Origin: Vicugna vicugna
Lineage: Eukaryota
Direction of reading: 5' to 3'
Length of the DNA: 64,000 bases
Assembly: GCA_013265495.1 (NCBI GenBank)
Contig: MU058423.1
Span: forward strand, 7,760,721 to 7,824,720
Position numbers and translations under genes: made by a program. Below, in pieces: positions 12,528 through 24,095 of the stretch; position 1 is the stretch's first letter, and the number at the start of each line of letters is the position of its first letter. A model generated the notes under the pieces. It saw only the letters and a list, made by a program, of their open reading frames with translations. It did not search any database and was not told where the DNA came from.

Positions 12528-13761
12528 TTTTGTTGTTAATGTTCTGTTTGTTGCTGTTGTGGGTTTTGTTTTTGTTTTTAAAATAACTTTACTGGGATAA
12601 AATAAACATACAGTAATACACATTTTAAGTGTACAGTTTCATACATTGTATAAGTTTTGACATGTGTATTCACCCATAAAACCATCACCACAATCAACAG
12701 AAAGAATATTATCTATCATCTTGAAAATTTCCTCTGACCTCTGAGTAATTCCTTTTTCCCAGCTCTTCCTGACCCTCCTGCACAGAAACCACTGATCTGC
12801 TTCCTGTAACTATGTATTACTTTATATTTTCTAGAATTATATACTAATGGAATCATATCTTATATACTCTTTTGTCTTTTTTCACTCAGTATTATTATTT
12901 TTAGATTCTTATTTTGTTATGTACATAAACAGTTAATTCCTTCTTGCTTCTAGGTATATCATTGTAAGGACATACTACAATTTTTTTATCTATTCACCTC
13001 TTGATGAACATTTGGGCTTCCAGTTACTGGGCATTTCAAATAAATCCATTATGATTATTCAGGTACAAGTCTCTGTATTAGACAGATGCTTTCATTTCTC
13101 TTGCATAAATACCTAGGAGTGGAATGACTAGGTAGCATAGAATGTATATTTTTTCCTTTAAAGTGGTTTTGTGGATTTAGACTTTCACCAGCCATATGTA
13201 AGCGTTCCAGCTCTTCCAGATTCTTGCCAATATGTGACTTGGGCAACCTTCATAATTTCAGACATTCTACTACGTGTGCAGTGGCATCTCATTGTGGTTT
13301 TATTTTGCATTTCTCAATGATTAATGATTCTGAACATCTTCGCTGGGCTCTGATAGTTTCCTCACACGCATGTGCTGATCAGTGTCTGTCAAATACTTGA
13401 GAAACGCACTTTGCAAATCTATACATTTCTTTCTCTATGCAACTCTCTCTTTAAAGGAACTCAACTTTGCATGTTCCAGTGTTCCAGGATTCTCAGTTTC
13501 CTCTACTCAGCTCAAGGAGTCCACTGGACTTCTCCTGGGTTCTCCCCTTCTCTGCAATCTGGAAACTCTCTCACAACAAACAAACTCACTCCTCTCTTCA
13601 CAATGTTTCTTTTCTGTCTCTTCGGGATCATTACTCTTTGTTATTCTTTGGTGTCTATTGTTAAAATCATCGTTTCATATATTTTGTCCAACTTTACAAC
13701 TTACCAGAAGAGAGTGTAAATCTTTTCCACATGACTCCAACTTAATCAGAAACAGAAGTCC
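12528..13761 (-). mobile_element. Old L1M element: 5' UTR start joined directly to ORF2 C-terminus/3' UTR, flanked by a TSD
   Basis: 12528-13341 is a degraded poly-T plus an L1MB7/8-like 3' UTR and ORF2 end ('gtggcatctcattgtggttttattttgcatttctcaatgattaatg'). 13342-13761 is an L1MD/L1M4-type 5' end (minus strand starts 'ggacttctgtttctg...ggagt'). Flanks cctttatgctattac (12513-12527) and cttttatgctcttac (13762-13776) match 13/15. Confidence 0.8.
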
Positions 13762-13844
13762 CTTTTATGCTCTTACAGTCCACTGTTATGTATCTATTAG
13801 ATCCTATATCACAACCAAGCTTGCATTTGTTTTCTCATTATGAG

Positions 13845-14075
13845 CACTAGATTCAGATAAAAGTACAATGCCAGGTAATCAATCAGCTATATGATCTTCA
13901 GCAAGTAACTTTACTTCCATGAATCTCTATTTTTAATTATAAAATAAAGATAATTATATTTTATATGATAAATAATATCATACCATTAAGATAATCACTC
14001 TTACCGTAGAGTGAGCTTTAAATTTGATCGTGCATATACGTGTTTTGCACAGTGACTGGAATATAGTTAGTAATT
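13845..14075 (+). mobile_element. MIR SINE
   Basis: 'gctatatgatcttcagcaagtaactttacttccatgaatctctattt...gcacagtgactggaatatagt'. Confidence 0.65.
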
Positions 14076-15165
14076 ATCATATATTTTAATACATGATCAT
14101 CAATAATATATACTCCAGGTACTATTAATGATACATTGGGGTGTCTTAGAATGAGGAATGGAGGAAGATGGATAGATGCACGTATGGAATCAAAACAGGA
14201 GAATTAGATTCATCCAAGTCTAGGTTAGAAATGGTTTTCTAAATGGGCCAGCCTCCTTCTTTACAGTGCTTGAACAGACACTGCCTAAGTTTGTCTCTGA
14301 TTCTTTCCTTTATCTATTCTGACCAACTTCCATCACCTACTCCATTCAATTTCTGTATATTTTTCAGATTATTAATACAATAAAGTTATAAGCCATTATT
14401 ACAGGATTAAGAGTGTGTATGTATTAATTTCTATGTATATGTTTGACCCAAGATAAGTTGATATTAATGTTTCATTTACAGAGCTTTTTTTCAGGTACTG
14501 GAAAAAATTAAATATGATTTATGTGCAACAGTAAAATATAAAATAGAAGTAGCCATATTTTCTTTAAAAACTGACACATCAGAAATCTAGACACTCTCTT
14601 ATTAATAAGCCTAGTAGGGACATAATTTTCAATGAAATATAGTGTCAGAGTTACTTTAGCATAAATTATGTAAAGCCACAAGAGGAAAAACTTTTACCTT
14701 AATTAGAAGTTTAGGGTAGTAATACGATGCAAATAAATTTTATTTCCAGAGTTTCATGAATTTAACCAGATATGGTGTTAGTAAATATACCGATATACAA
14801 TAGCAGTGATTCTTCTGTGTCTATCCACATGCGAATACACGTTGAGGGGTATTAGATACACAAACATAGACATACAATAGATGATACACTGATATACAGA
14901 CAGAAACACATACTTATTTTTACTTAAGAAAATATTATAACTAAAACTGATAAATAATACATTTGCAAATTAAGTCAGAATAATAGAAGAGAGTGTATCT
15001 TCAATAGCAGTTTTCTGACCCAGATCTGCTTAATGTTTTGAAAGCTACAAGGGAATCATCATATTTTTCTCTAATTCAGGGTCACTCCTTATATTGAGTT
15101 TGTGTATTTCCTAAGGACTGAAGTAGGCACCTGAAGTTACTGCTCTGTGTCAGTTGATACTTGTG

Positions 15166-15580
15166 TGTATGTTCCAGGGTCAGTCAATGTTCAATGAGAG
15201 AAGCAGAGGAACCGACAGGAGGTATATAAGAGACTTCCTGCAGCAAATTCTCTATACACAATCATGAGTGGCTAGTCAAGTCCAAAACCTGTAGGACAGG
15301 CTGCCAGGCTGTCAGGAAAAACAGGCTCAAATTCACAGTAAGGGGTGAAGCTGCTATTCACAGGTGGAATGTCTTCTTTTAAGCTTCAGCTCCATTTTTA
15401 GGTTTTCTAATTGATTCAGGCCCACCCAAATTATCTGGGATAACTTCCCTATTTAAAATCTGTTGATATGAACTATAACCACATCTATAAAATATTTTCA
15501 CAAAAACACCTAGATTTGTGCCTGATTACATAACTGGGGCTGTAGCTTAGCTGAGCTGATAAATTCAAAAGACCATCACA
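15166..15580 (-). mobile_element. MLT2 (ERVL) solo LTR, MLT2E/F-like
   Basis: Ends 'acacctagatttgtgcctgattacataactggggctgtagcttagctgagctgata...aagaccatcaca', the reverse complement of the MLT2 start (tgtgatggtc). Internal 'tcaggcccacccaaattatctgggataac'. Confidence 0.85.
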
Positions 15581-16377
15581 ACGCTCTACGAGGGAACATG
15601 GAACTAAAAAGCTGAGGGTTTGCCAGTCCTGTATGTTTTTGAGCTCAGACATCCATAGATAATTTCCATCCTAAGGCGTTGTAAGTGTCAGAGTTGTAAG
15701 TAGTTGCTTGCATCAGTTGACTGTTACAAGCCAAGCAGGAAATTATGGTCTAATTGCTGAAAGACTAAAGGTCATTCTCATTTTTTTCCCTGTTTTTCTA
15801 AGAACAAAGCAAGAATGGAAGCGTGGCTTCTTCTAATGCAATGCTGTTATGCAAAGACCCCTCTCCAGTAATTTATTCATTAATTGTGGGAGGAAAATAA
15901 TTTCAGAGTCCTCATATTGTACCAGATGCATCAAAGAACAGTTTAGCCGATGGCTACCAATTATGACAGGCAATTGTCTAGTAGTAATTGGAAAAATCAC
16001 AGAAGTTTCATAAAATAATGAAACTGTAAATGTTCCAGATAGTGATCATGTGGATTATTGCTACAGGACCAGAAACAGATGAAAGATGTGTCATGGGGAT
16101 ACACAGAAGGAAGTAACAGCTATAGAAAACCCCTTGCCTCAGTGTGAATATATAAATACATTAGTAGGAAACACTGAGTAACATCTCCCGGGAACTCAAG
16201 ACGTGACTTTAATCGCAAAATTAAATGTCTTGAGTTTCAGTGATGTGAGATGGGGGCAGAGGTGGGGAAAGTTTTACATCTTTTGTTCTTGTTGTCTTAT
16301 TTGCTTTTCTCACATAAACTCTCCACATATTAAACCTAATTATTACAGCATCAAAATACACCACTAACCCTTGGCCT

Positions 16378-16537
16378 GAGTTTCTTACCCTGGGGTCTTT
16401 AGATACATAGGTTATACCTGATATGTTTAAGAAGTATTTCTGAAAGAATATTCAAATTTGACATATGTGCCTGTCTGTGTAGTTTTCTGGGGAGAGGGTT
16501 TATCACTTTCTTTAGCTTCCCAAATATTTTATTACCC
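16378..16537 (+). mobile_element. MER103C-like hAT-Charlie MITE
   Basis: 'tttcttaccctggggtc...ttttctggggagagggtttatcactttc...accctaaaatgactaaga'. Confidence 0.65.
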
Positions 16538-16584
16538 TAAAATGACTAAGATACAGTCTGAATATAAGCCAACATTCAGAGTAA

Positions 16585-16775
16585 GACAGTTGTAGTCGGA
16601 ATCCAAACAAGCTCAAAATCCCTGTGACTGGGAGTGTAATTTCATCTCTCTTAACTTTGAATGTTCACACCTACAAAATTGGAATGACAACATTTTCTTG
16701 AAAGGGCTATTGTGAATAATAAATGAGATGATGAGTATGTATGTGGTAAATTATAAAGTGTTTTACTTAAGTTAG
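16585..16775 (+). mobile_element. MIR SINE
   Basis: 'cacacctacaaaattggaatgacaaca...gggctattgtgaataataaatgagatgatg'. Confidence 0.65.
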
Positions 16776-17063
16776 TTTTTATCGGCATCCTTTTAAGGGG
16801 ACGGGAGTATAGCTCTTGTCTTCTACTTGGAGAGCTCTTTCTAACAGCTTGGAACTATTACTCAGACTGATACAAATGCTCCACTTTGTTTGAACCAAAG
16901 CTGTACTTCAGTTTTAGCAAATGTTTCTTATGTTTTAATGTAGGTATTTTTTAATGCCTGGGTAGATTATAAATTCTGAAACACACATTTTTTAAAAGTT
17001 TTCAAAACGTTCCTAGGATTTTAACTTTTCATTGTTTTTGAATTTTTCCTTTTTTTATAATCT

Positions 17064-17558
17064 TAAAGGGAATAAAAATTTCTTTTGCTTCTACTCTTCT
17101 AAGTTCTAGGTTGGGACTCCGTAACAAAAGACAGGTTAACCAAAAAAAACAAAAAAGGAATTAATATAAGCTTTATGTGACATAAGAACTTTCATAAGGG
17201 AATGAAGACCCAAAGAAGTAGCTACTCTTAAGAGCTTTTAGGTTTAGCTTCAATGAATAGTAGAGAGTCATGGGAAAGCATGACAGCACAGAGGATGAGC
17301 TAAGTGCATTAACCTGTGGGAAACCTAGCCAGGCCTGTTTCCGCGGATTCCTCTCGGAGTCCCTCCACCTTCAGAGATAAGGATGCTTCTTACCTCCAGG
17401 AACAAGGAGGGCACCTCTCACATGAGGGTTTCATGATCTGCTTCAGGTGAAGGTCAGAAAGGCCTTCCAACACACGCCATCTCTCAAATTTCTTCAGCTT
17501 AAAATATTCAGTATGCCAAGATGACATATTTTGAGGTAGCGTGCCCTGAAGCTCACTA
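17064..17558 (-). mobile_element. ERV1 solo LTR of the MER34/MER39 group
   Basis: 'ctactcttctaagttctaggttgggactccgtaacaaaagacaggttaac' and 'tctcaaatttcttcagcttaaaatattcagtatgccaagatgacatattttgaggtagcgtgccctgaa' resemble the two ends of MER34-type LTRs in antisense. Confidence 0.75.
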
Positions 17559-18409
17559 TCCTCATCATTAGGTAACAGCATAAATAAGTGGGGTCAGAGA
17601 GAGAACTTAAGACCAAACTGAACTCGCCCTCCTCATTCATGAACTTCTTATCCCCAAACACTGTAAGTTTGATCTTTCAGCTCTACCTGTAAAGTTTTCT
17701 CCCCAGTGGTATATTTCCAGGAGACTCCAGTGAGATTGTCACAGTCAGTGATCCCATCTGGACACCCAGCTGCCCCACCACTGCTGGGCCACAGCCTGGG
17801 CCACCATTTGCCACTACCAGGCTGCTGCTCTTCATTCTCCCTGCTATGATGCTATGAGTTGGGCTCTGCCTCAGACATCCATCCACAGCCACCATTCTGC
17901 CAATACCTCTGTCTTTGCTGTGGCTGATCACCGCAGAGGCAGATTTCTGTCAAACACACGGGACCTGGACTTTCAACCTACCGGTGCCTTCGCCTTGCCT
18001 TCACAGTTTTCTATGAAGTGAAATGGGAACAGCACACTTCTTTCTATTAAGATGGTCCCACAGAAGGGCTCCCTGGGTCCCACCATGCTGCAGAATGTAA
18101 TGAGTCAACCCTCTGAGTTTTCTTCAGCCTCCTGTTCCCCAGAGTACAAAGTGCCCACTGGCATGGATTCAGAACATATGCACACTGTGTTGTAGCTGCC
18201 ACTTTTGATCGCCAGTTTCCTGGGCTTACATAGATGGATAAATATATTTAGATAGATATGAAGTAGATTAGATATAGGTATGGATATGGATGTAACTATT
18301 TAGATACAGACATACAGATACATATACATACATATCTGGATACTTTCAAGTGGGGATGTCAAGGGGTTTCTGCTGTTGCACAAAAATGATAGATGAAAAA
18401 AATTTATAT

Positions 18410-18655
18410 ATATAAAAAGGGTACACATTTTACCAAGGATAAACCTACACTGACATGCCATCATCACCCAAAGTCCACAGTTTACATGAGAGCTCACTGT
18501 TAGCACTGTACATCCTGTGGGTTTGAGCAAACATTTAATGATATATATCCACCATTATTAATTGCCTTAAAAATTCTGTGCTCTGCCTATTTATCTTCCT
18601 CCCATCCCACTCCAGCAACTACTGATCTTTGTATTGTCTCCATACTTTTTCCCAT
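18410..18655 (-). mobile_element. L1MC1/2-like 3' UTR fragment
   Basis: 'aacctacactgacatgccatcatcacccaaagtccacagtttacatgagagctcactgttagcactgtacatcctgtgggtttg' is characteristic of the L1MC 3' end. Confidence 0.8.
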
Positions 18656-18739
18656 CTCTTCTCACTAGTCCACTTGATATAAATATCTTCACAATGATCC
18701 CAAGTCAGCCACTCTTGAATTTTGCCTCCGAAGCAACAC

Positions 18740-18960
18740 ACACTTATCCCTTATCCACATGATAACCTTTCAAATACTTGAAGACAGATACCATGTGCCT
18801 CCTGACTTCTATCTTCTCATCTCTCAGTTGTTCCAAAGAGCCTTACCAGCTTCATCGGCTTCACAAAGATACACTCAAGTTTGTAAATCAGGCGCTTGGA
18901 AAGTGTGATTTAGTTCTACAGCTGTGATTCCTGGAGGGCCTGGATCAGGAATAATCATCT
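18740..18960 (-). mobile_element. L3/CR1 LINE fragment
   Basis: 'ccacatgataacctttcaaatacttgaagacagataccatgtgcctcctgacttctatcttctc' resembles antisense L3 ORF2 3' region. Confidence 0.65.
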
Positions 18961-19859
18961 CTGTAGGCACATGGTGCCTGACACCATGAGCAATGAACAC
19001 ATTCATTGGATGAACAAATGAATGCAAGAAGCTGCTTTCAAAATATCCTTTTAATATAAATTACCTCTAATCATTTACTTCCCTTATATTATATACTTTC
19101 TTCATCTAATTTTAGTTTCCAAAAAAGGCTCTAAACAAACAAAAAAAAAACAAAGCAAGTAAATCAGTTTCTTGAGAATAAAAATTCTATGCAATTTAGT
19201 ACATGAGCTACAGTCTTTCTCTTTATCTGGCCAGAGCACTTGATGGTGTTTGTGCTACCTTGGCATTATAACTTATAGGAAACACTAAAATTAGGACCAT
19301 AGAACAACACACCTCTCTCTCTAGTACCAGTCTGTCAACAAGAACTCCAGGTGGATGGGGAATTCACCCTTGATGGAGAGAGACAAGGCACCTGGGATTT
19401 ATCCTGGCAAACAGACTGATTCTCAGCATGGGAGGATGATTTGGATGAATATCTGATAGAGACACTCCTGTTCTCTCCAGCCTCAAGGAAACTTGTTGCA
19501 AATACCTTGAGAGAGGCAGCTGTCAGACACTGAGAAAGTGAGCCCCAAAAGAGTTTCCTCTAACACATTCTAGGAAGTAATATAAGAGATTGAGTGAAAA
19601 GAGAAACTCAGGAGAGATCCCAATAACCTTTAACACAAGTGGGCCAGCTTCCCTCTCTCTTCAGCAAAAGCAGCATGTGCTGTTATGTGCATCAACATGA
19701 AGCAATGTGTGGGCTGATGACCTGGAAGGGACTAGCAATAGTCAAGTCACCACTTAGTGGCCAGGTGAAGTCTGAGTCACAATGCAGGCCACCGGGAAAT
19801 AAAGCAACGATAACCAAAATGAAACAAGGTGTGTGAAAGTAAGTATATGAAATCACAAA

Positions 19860-20010
19860 TACGGAGTTCCAGAATCAGATTTACTAAGTTCAACTCATCG
19901 ACTACTTACTAGCGGAGTAACACGCTGCATAAGATCTTATCCTCTCTGCTCTCCGTTTTCTGTATGTATAAACTGGGATAATAATAGCAACTATATCATA
20001 GTTTTGTTGA
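19860..20010 (+). mobile_element. MIR SINE
   Basis: 'tacttactagcggagtaa...cctctctgctctccgttttctgtatgtataaactgggataataatagcaac'. Confidence 0.75.
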
Positions 20011-20011
20011 G

Positions 20012-20690
20012 TACACATCACATACGGTTGTGATGATAGCTATCATCAAAAAGACAAGAAATAGCAACAGTGGAGAAAAGGGAACCCTTGTGCACTTCTG
20101 CTGGGAATGTAAATTGGTACAACCACTATAAAAAACAGTATGAAAGCTCCTCAAAAAATCAAAAATAGAAATGCCATACAATCCAGCCATTCCACTTCTG
20201 AGTACATAACTGAAGAAATGAAAATAGTAACTCAAAAAATACCTGCACTCCCATGTTCACTGCAGCATTGCTATTTACAATGTCCAATACAATACCCAAG
20301 ATATGGCAACAACCTAACTGTCCATTAATGGATGAATGGATAAAGGAGATGTGAATCTATCTATAGATAGACAGATAGGCAGACAGACAGACAGACAGAC
20401 AATGGATTATTATTCAGCCATAAAAAGACTGAAATCTTGCCATCTGTGAAACATGGATGGACCTCAAGGGCATTACACTAAGAGAGTAAGTCAGAGAAAG
20501 ACAAATATCATATGGACTCTCTTAAACGTGGGCTCTAAAAAAACAAAACCACAAAAAAATTAAAAAATAAAACAGGGTCAGAGACACAGAGAACAGATTG
20601 GTGGTTACAGGAGGCAAGAGTGGAGTGGGAGAAATGGGTGAACTCTTTTGTTTTTCATTTAAATAAGCTGAATAAAAATTTTAAAGTATT
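20012..20690 (+). mobile_element. 5'-truncated L1 (L1MA-type ORF2 end plus 3' UTR) with an internal (GATA/GACA)n tract
   Basis: 'gtggagaaaagggaacccttgtgcac...gggaatgtaaattggtacaaccac', 'ccatacaatccagccattccacttctg' and 'atggatgaatggataaag' are canonical L1 ORF2 C-terminal landmarks. Confidence 0.9.
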
Positions 20691-21260
20691 TTTTAAAGTG
20701 AAGGAAAAAAAACCTGGATTTTCATGAGCATGAGCAGCCTTAGATCTTTCCCATTTCTCATTAAGAACTAGGGATCTGCTCAATATGGCTATGGCACCTT
20801 TATCTCATTTTCTCTGTGAACTCTAATTTTGATTCTATTTGTGATTGTTAGTGCAATAATATATGAATCATTATTACATTGACAATAGAGGCAGTGGGAG
20901 GGAAAGGACAGAGGCGCACACTGAGGGATGCTTTTCAAGAATCTGTAAGAGCCATGAAAAAGACAGAGGAAGGTACAGGCAGAGACAGAGGATAGTACAG
21001 AAGGGTAGATCTCTCCCCACTGGAGAGATCTGTATGAAGGTCTTACACAATGGAGGAAAAAACAAAACTTTTTGGCCTAATGCATCTTTATGAGCCCACT
21101 GCTTTAGCATGGGATACAAATGTGAATTTGGCGGAGGTCATGAAGAACTTATTGAAATACAGAGACAGCTGATTCCATCTTTGTTCAGACAGTTTAGAGA
21201 CAAAAAATTCTTGAGAATAACCTGAAACTAGAAGCCTCTGAAATACCTCCACATTCTATT

Positions 21261-21273
21261 TATTTTTATTTTT

Positions 21274-21311
<38 letters not shown>

Positions 21312-21722
21312 CTTCAATGAAATATAGTCAGTCTATAATGTTGTGTCAGTTTCTGGTGTACAGCATAGTGCTTCAGTCATACATGAACATACATATATTC
21401 ATTTTCATATTCTTTTTTACCATAAGTTACTACAAGATATTGAATATAGTTCCCTGTGCTATACAGTATTAACTTGTTTATCTATTTTATACACATTAGT
21501 TAGTATCTACAAATCTTGGAGCGTCCAATTTATCCCTTCCCACCATCTTCTCCTCCTGGAAAACATGTTTGTTTTCTGTGTCTGTGAGTCTGTTTTTGTT
21601 TTGTAAATAAGTTCATTTGTCTTTTTTTTTTTTTTTTTGATTCCACATGTCAGCAATCTCATGTGGTATTTTCCTTTCTCTTTCTGGCTTACTTCACTTA
21701 GAATGACCATCTCCGGGTCCAT
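21261..21722 (-). mobile_element. 5'-truncated camelid/artiodactyl L1 3' end with 15-bp TSD
   Basis: T/TA-rich tail, then 'tttctggtgtacagcatagtg...ttactacaagatattgaatatagttccctgtgctatacag...ttacttcacttagaatgac'. TSD copies cctccacattctatt (21246-21260) and cctccatattctatt (21723-21737). Confidence 0.92.
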
Positions 21723-21969
21723 CCTCCATATTCTATTCAAAAGCCTACTTTGCATGGCAATTATTTGAGTTAGCAAGAAATACCATTAATCATAAAAAGT
21801 AATTACAAAACAAAGCATTGATATGTCTGAAATCCTCTGACTTACTGTAAAAGTCACATTCCCATTGATATGGATGATTCCTTTATATCATCGATTTCTT
21901 TAGGTCTCATTGTTTGGGTGATCACTTTCAAAGCAAAGAGAATTGATTGCTTCTTGTGAAAATGCAGAA

Positions 21970-22100
21970 GCCCTGAATCCTAGCTCAGCCATTTACTAAC
22001 TGTATACTTTTGGGACAATTAGTCAACTGTCTTAAGCTTTTGTTTTCTCAGCTGTGAAGTAAGGATTGTAATGGCAGCCTCCTCTATGAAGCGATTCCAG
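21970..22100 (+). mobile_element. MIR SINE
   Basis: 'gaatcctagctcagccatttactaactgtatacttttgggacaattagtcaac'. Confidence 0.7.
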
Positions 22101-22284
22101 ATCTCCCTTCTGTGGAACTGACCACACTTAAGCCCTGCTGTAACCGACAAGTACTTTTTATCAAAGCACCTATCACACTTTCTGCCCTCTACCCACACTA
22201 TACACTGTACAGCTGTGCAACCAGGCACACAGTGAACACTCAGTGTACTTGTATATGGATGAATAAATGAGTGAATGAGAACAA

Positions 22285-22430
22285 TCTTGTGCACAACACT
22301 TATGAAGTATATTCTATTATTACCATTTTACAGAAAGCAAAGCTGAAGCTCCAGAAAGTTAAACCACTTGCCTAGGATTCAGAACTAGAAAGTGGAAAAG
22401 CCAGGATTTACACGTGGGTCTTCTATCTTC
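22285..22430 (-). mobile_element. MIR SINE
   Basis: 'ccattttacagaaagcaaagctgaagctccagaaagttaaaccacttgcctagg...aagtggaaaagccaggattt'. Confidence 0.8.
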
Positions 22431-23904
22431 TCACGCTGCCATACAGACGTCAACATGATGTAGTTTCCCTTCAGAAGGCTCACCGAGCATTTTATGCTCT
22501 GCCTGTGGCCACTATTCTATCCTTCCTTACATTGTGAGGCGCCAGTACTTGCCTCATCCGTTAAGTAAATTCAAGATTCCTTAAGGACAAAACAGCACAC
22601 CACTAATCTTTGTATTTGAATTCATAATGCCTAGTTTAATAAGTATTTGTGGAACTGAGAAATTTAGCTTTCTAAAGAGATTCTAGCAATCCCCCTGGGT
22701 TGGTTTGACTGTGCCTCTATCTGTGGCAAAGGAAAGGATTAAATGATCTTTCAGCAGTAGTATTATTATGCCTCCTTTACAGCAAATTCAAGCTCCCTCC
22801 CATTCTCTTATGTTTATCATAGAATTTTATCTGGTTTCTGTACAAATCTACCTTTTTTCCCTCATAGTTTGTATATTCTATTTTATCTCATAATTTTTTC
22901 AGAATTGTTAGAAACTGTGAAATAATTTGTCATAAGTTTATTCTCTGCCGAAGGCCTTTCCTACATACATGCACCTTACACTTTGTAAGCAATCTTGAAA
23001 TACAATCTTAGAACATTAAGAATAAACCAAGAATGAAAGTATGATTGGTATTTTTTATTTTTCAAAAGACATGTAAAAATGTTATTCTCTCCAACTTTCT
23101 GATAATTTTTGGATTATTTCAGATGAATTTCAAATAAACTTTTGTGTGTGTGTGGTAGAAAAGTTGAACTGTACTCTTACGATCTCTGAATGTAGTGCTT
23201 TAAATTTGATTTTATAGAGCCCTAAATGGTTTCTTAAGTTATTTTTAATTCATGTAAATTACCTGAATTGGAGGTCCATTAACGCTCCACTAGGCTGCCT
23301 CAGGAGCTGACTGCTGGCCAAATGCCAAAATCCTGGAGCCTGATGGGTAGAGATAGACGAGGGACTGCCAGGATGGAGGTACCAGAAATAAAGGTAAGAG
23401 CCCAGCACACTTACTCTTCTGCATTCAAATGAACGAGACTTACAATTCAACTAGTGCTTCTGGCACTAAATAAACAGACTCCAAGAAAGCTTAGGGGAAT
23501 GCAAGAGGCAGATTTCCCAAGATGCCTCTATATTTGCACTATACTTTTGGTAGGGCTGGGAATTCCTCTAACACTTCTCGATTTTGCTCATCCAAATGTA
23601 GCAAAGAAACAGAAAGATGATCACACTGAGAGCAGTTATGACATTTTACAGTGCCAGGATGATGGACTATCTGCTTAGTTAAGAAGTTTTACCTGCACAG
23701 TTGTTGCAGCTAGGAATCCATCACTAATGAGTTCAGGCCCATACATCACAGCTAGAAAGCATGTGACAGTATGAGCACAAGCCAAGTCCTGGCATTTCAG
23801 GATTGCACTCTAATTTCCATCAGAATGCTTCAGGACGCACAAGATCTTTACAGTGAAGGCACAAGGACAATGGATTATAATCAAAACACGAAACAACAAC
23901 ACAA

Positions 23905-24095
23905 GCAATCATGCATCGATCCAGATCTATCAGGATCCGAATCTCAGGTCTGTCATTTCCATACAGGCCTCGTATGGGTAAATTTAATATCTCTGAGCCT
24001 CAGCTTTACCATCTAAAAATGGACACAATAAAGCTTACCTTTAGCATTGTTTTAGAACTAAATTAGAAAATGAATAGAGTGACAAGCATAAAATA
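23905..24095 (+). mobile_element. MIR SINE
   Basis: 'tctctgagcctcagctttaccatctaaaaatggacacaata'. Confidence 0.75.

Noticed and set aside
13372..13843. Three overlapping ORFs (115, 153 and 65 aa)
   Set aside because: They lie antisense within an old L1 5' UTR; the pyrimidine-rich strand is simply poor in stop codons.
16796..16815. 'ggggacgggagtatagctc', resembling the SINE head
   Set aside because: Only about 20 nt, with no B box, tail or TSD; cannot be distinguished from chance.
19481..19537. 57-nt plus-strand exon candidate (ctctccag|...aaa|gtgagc) with one open frame
   Set aside because: Peptide LKETCCKYLERGSCQTLR is not recognised and no compatible neighbouring coding exons were found.
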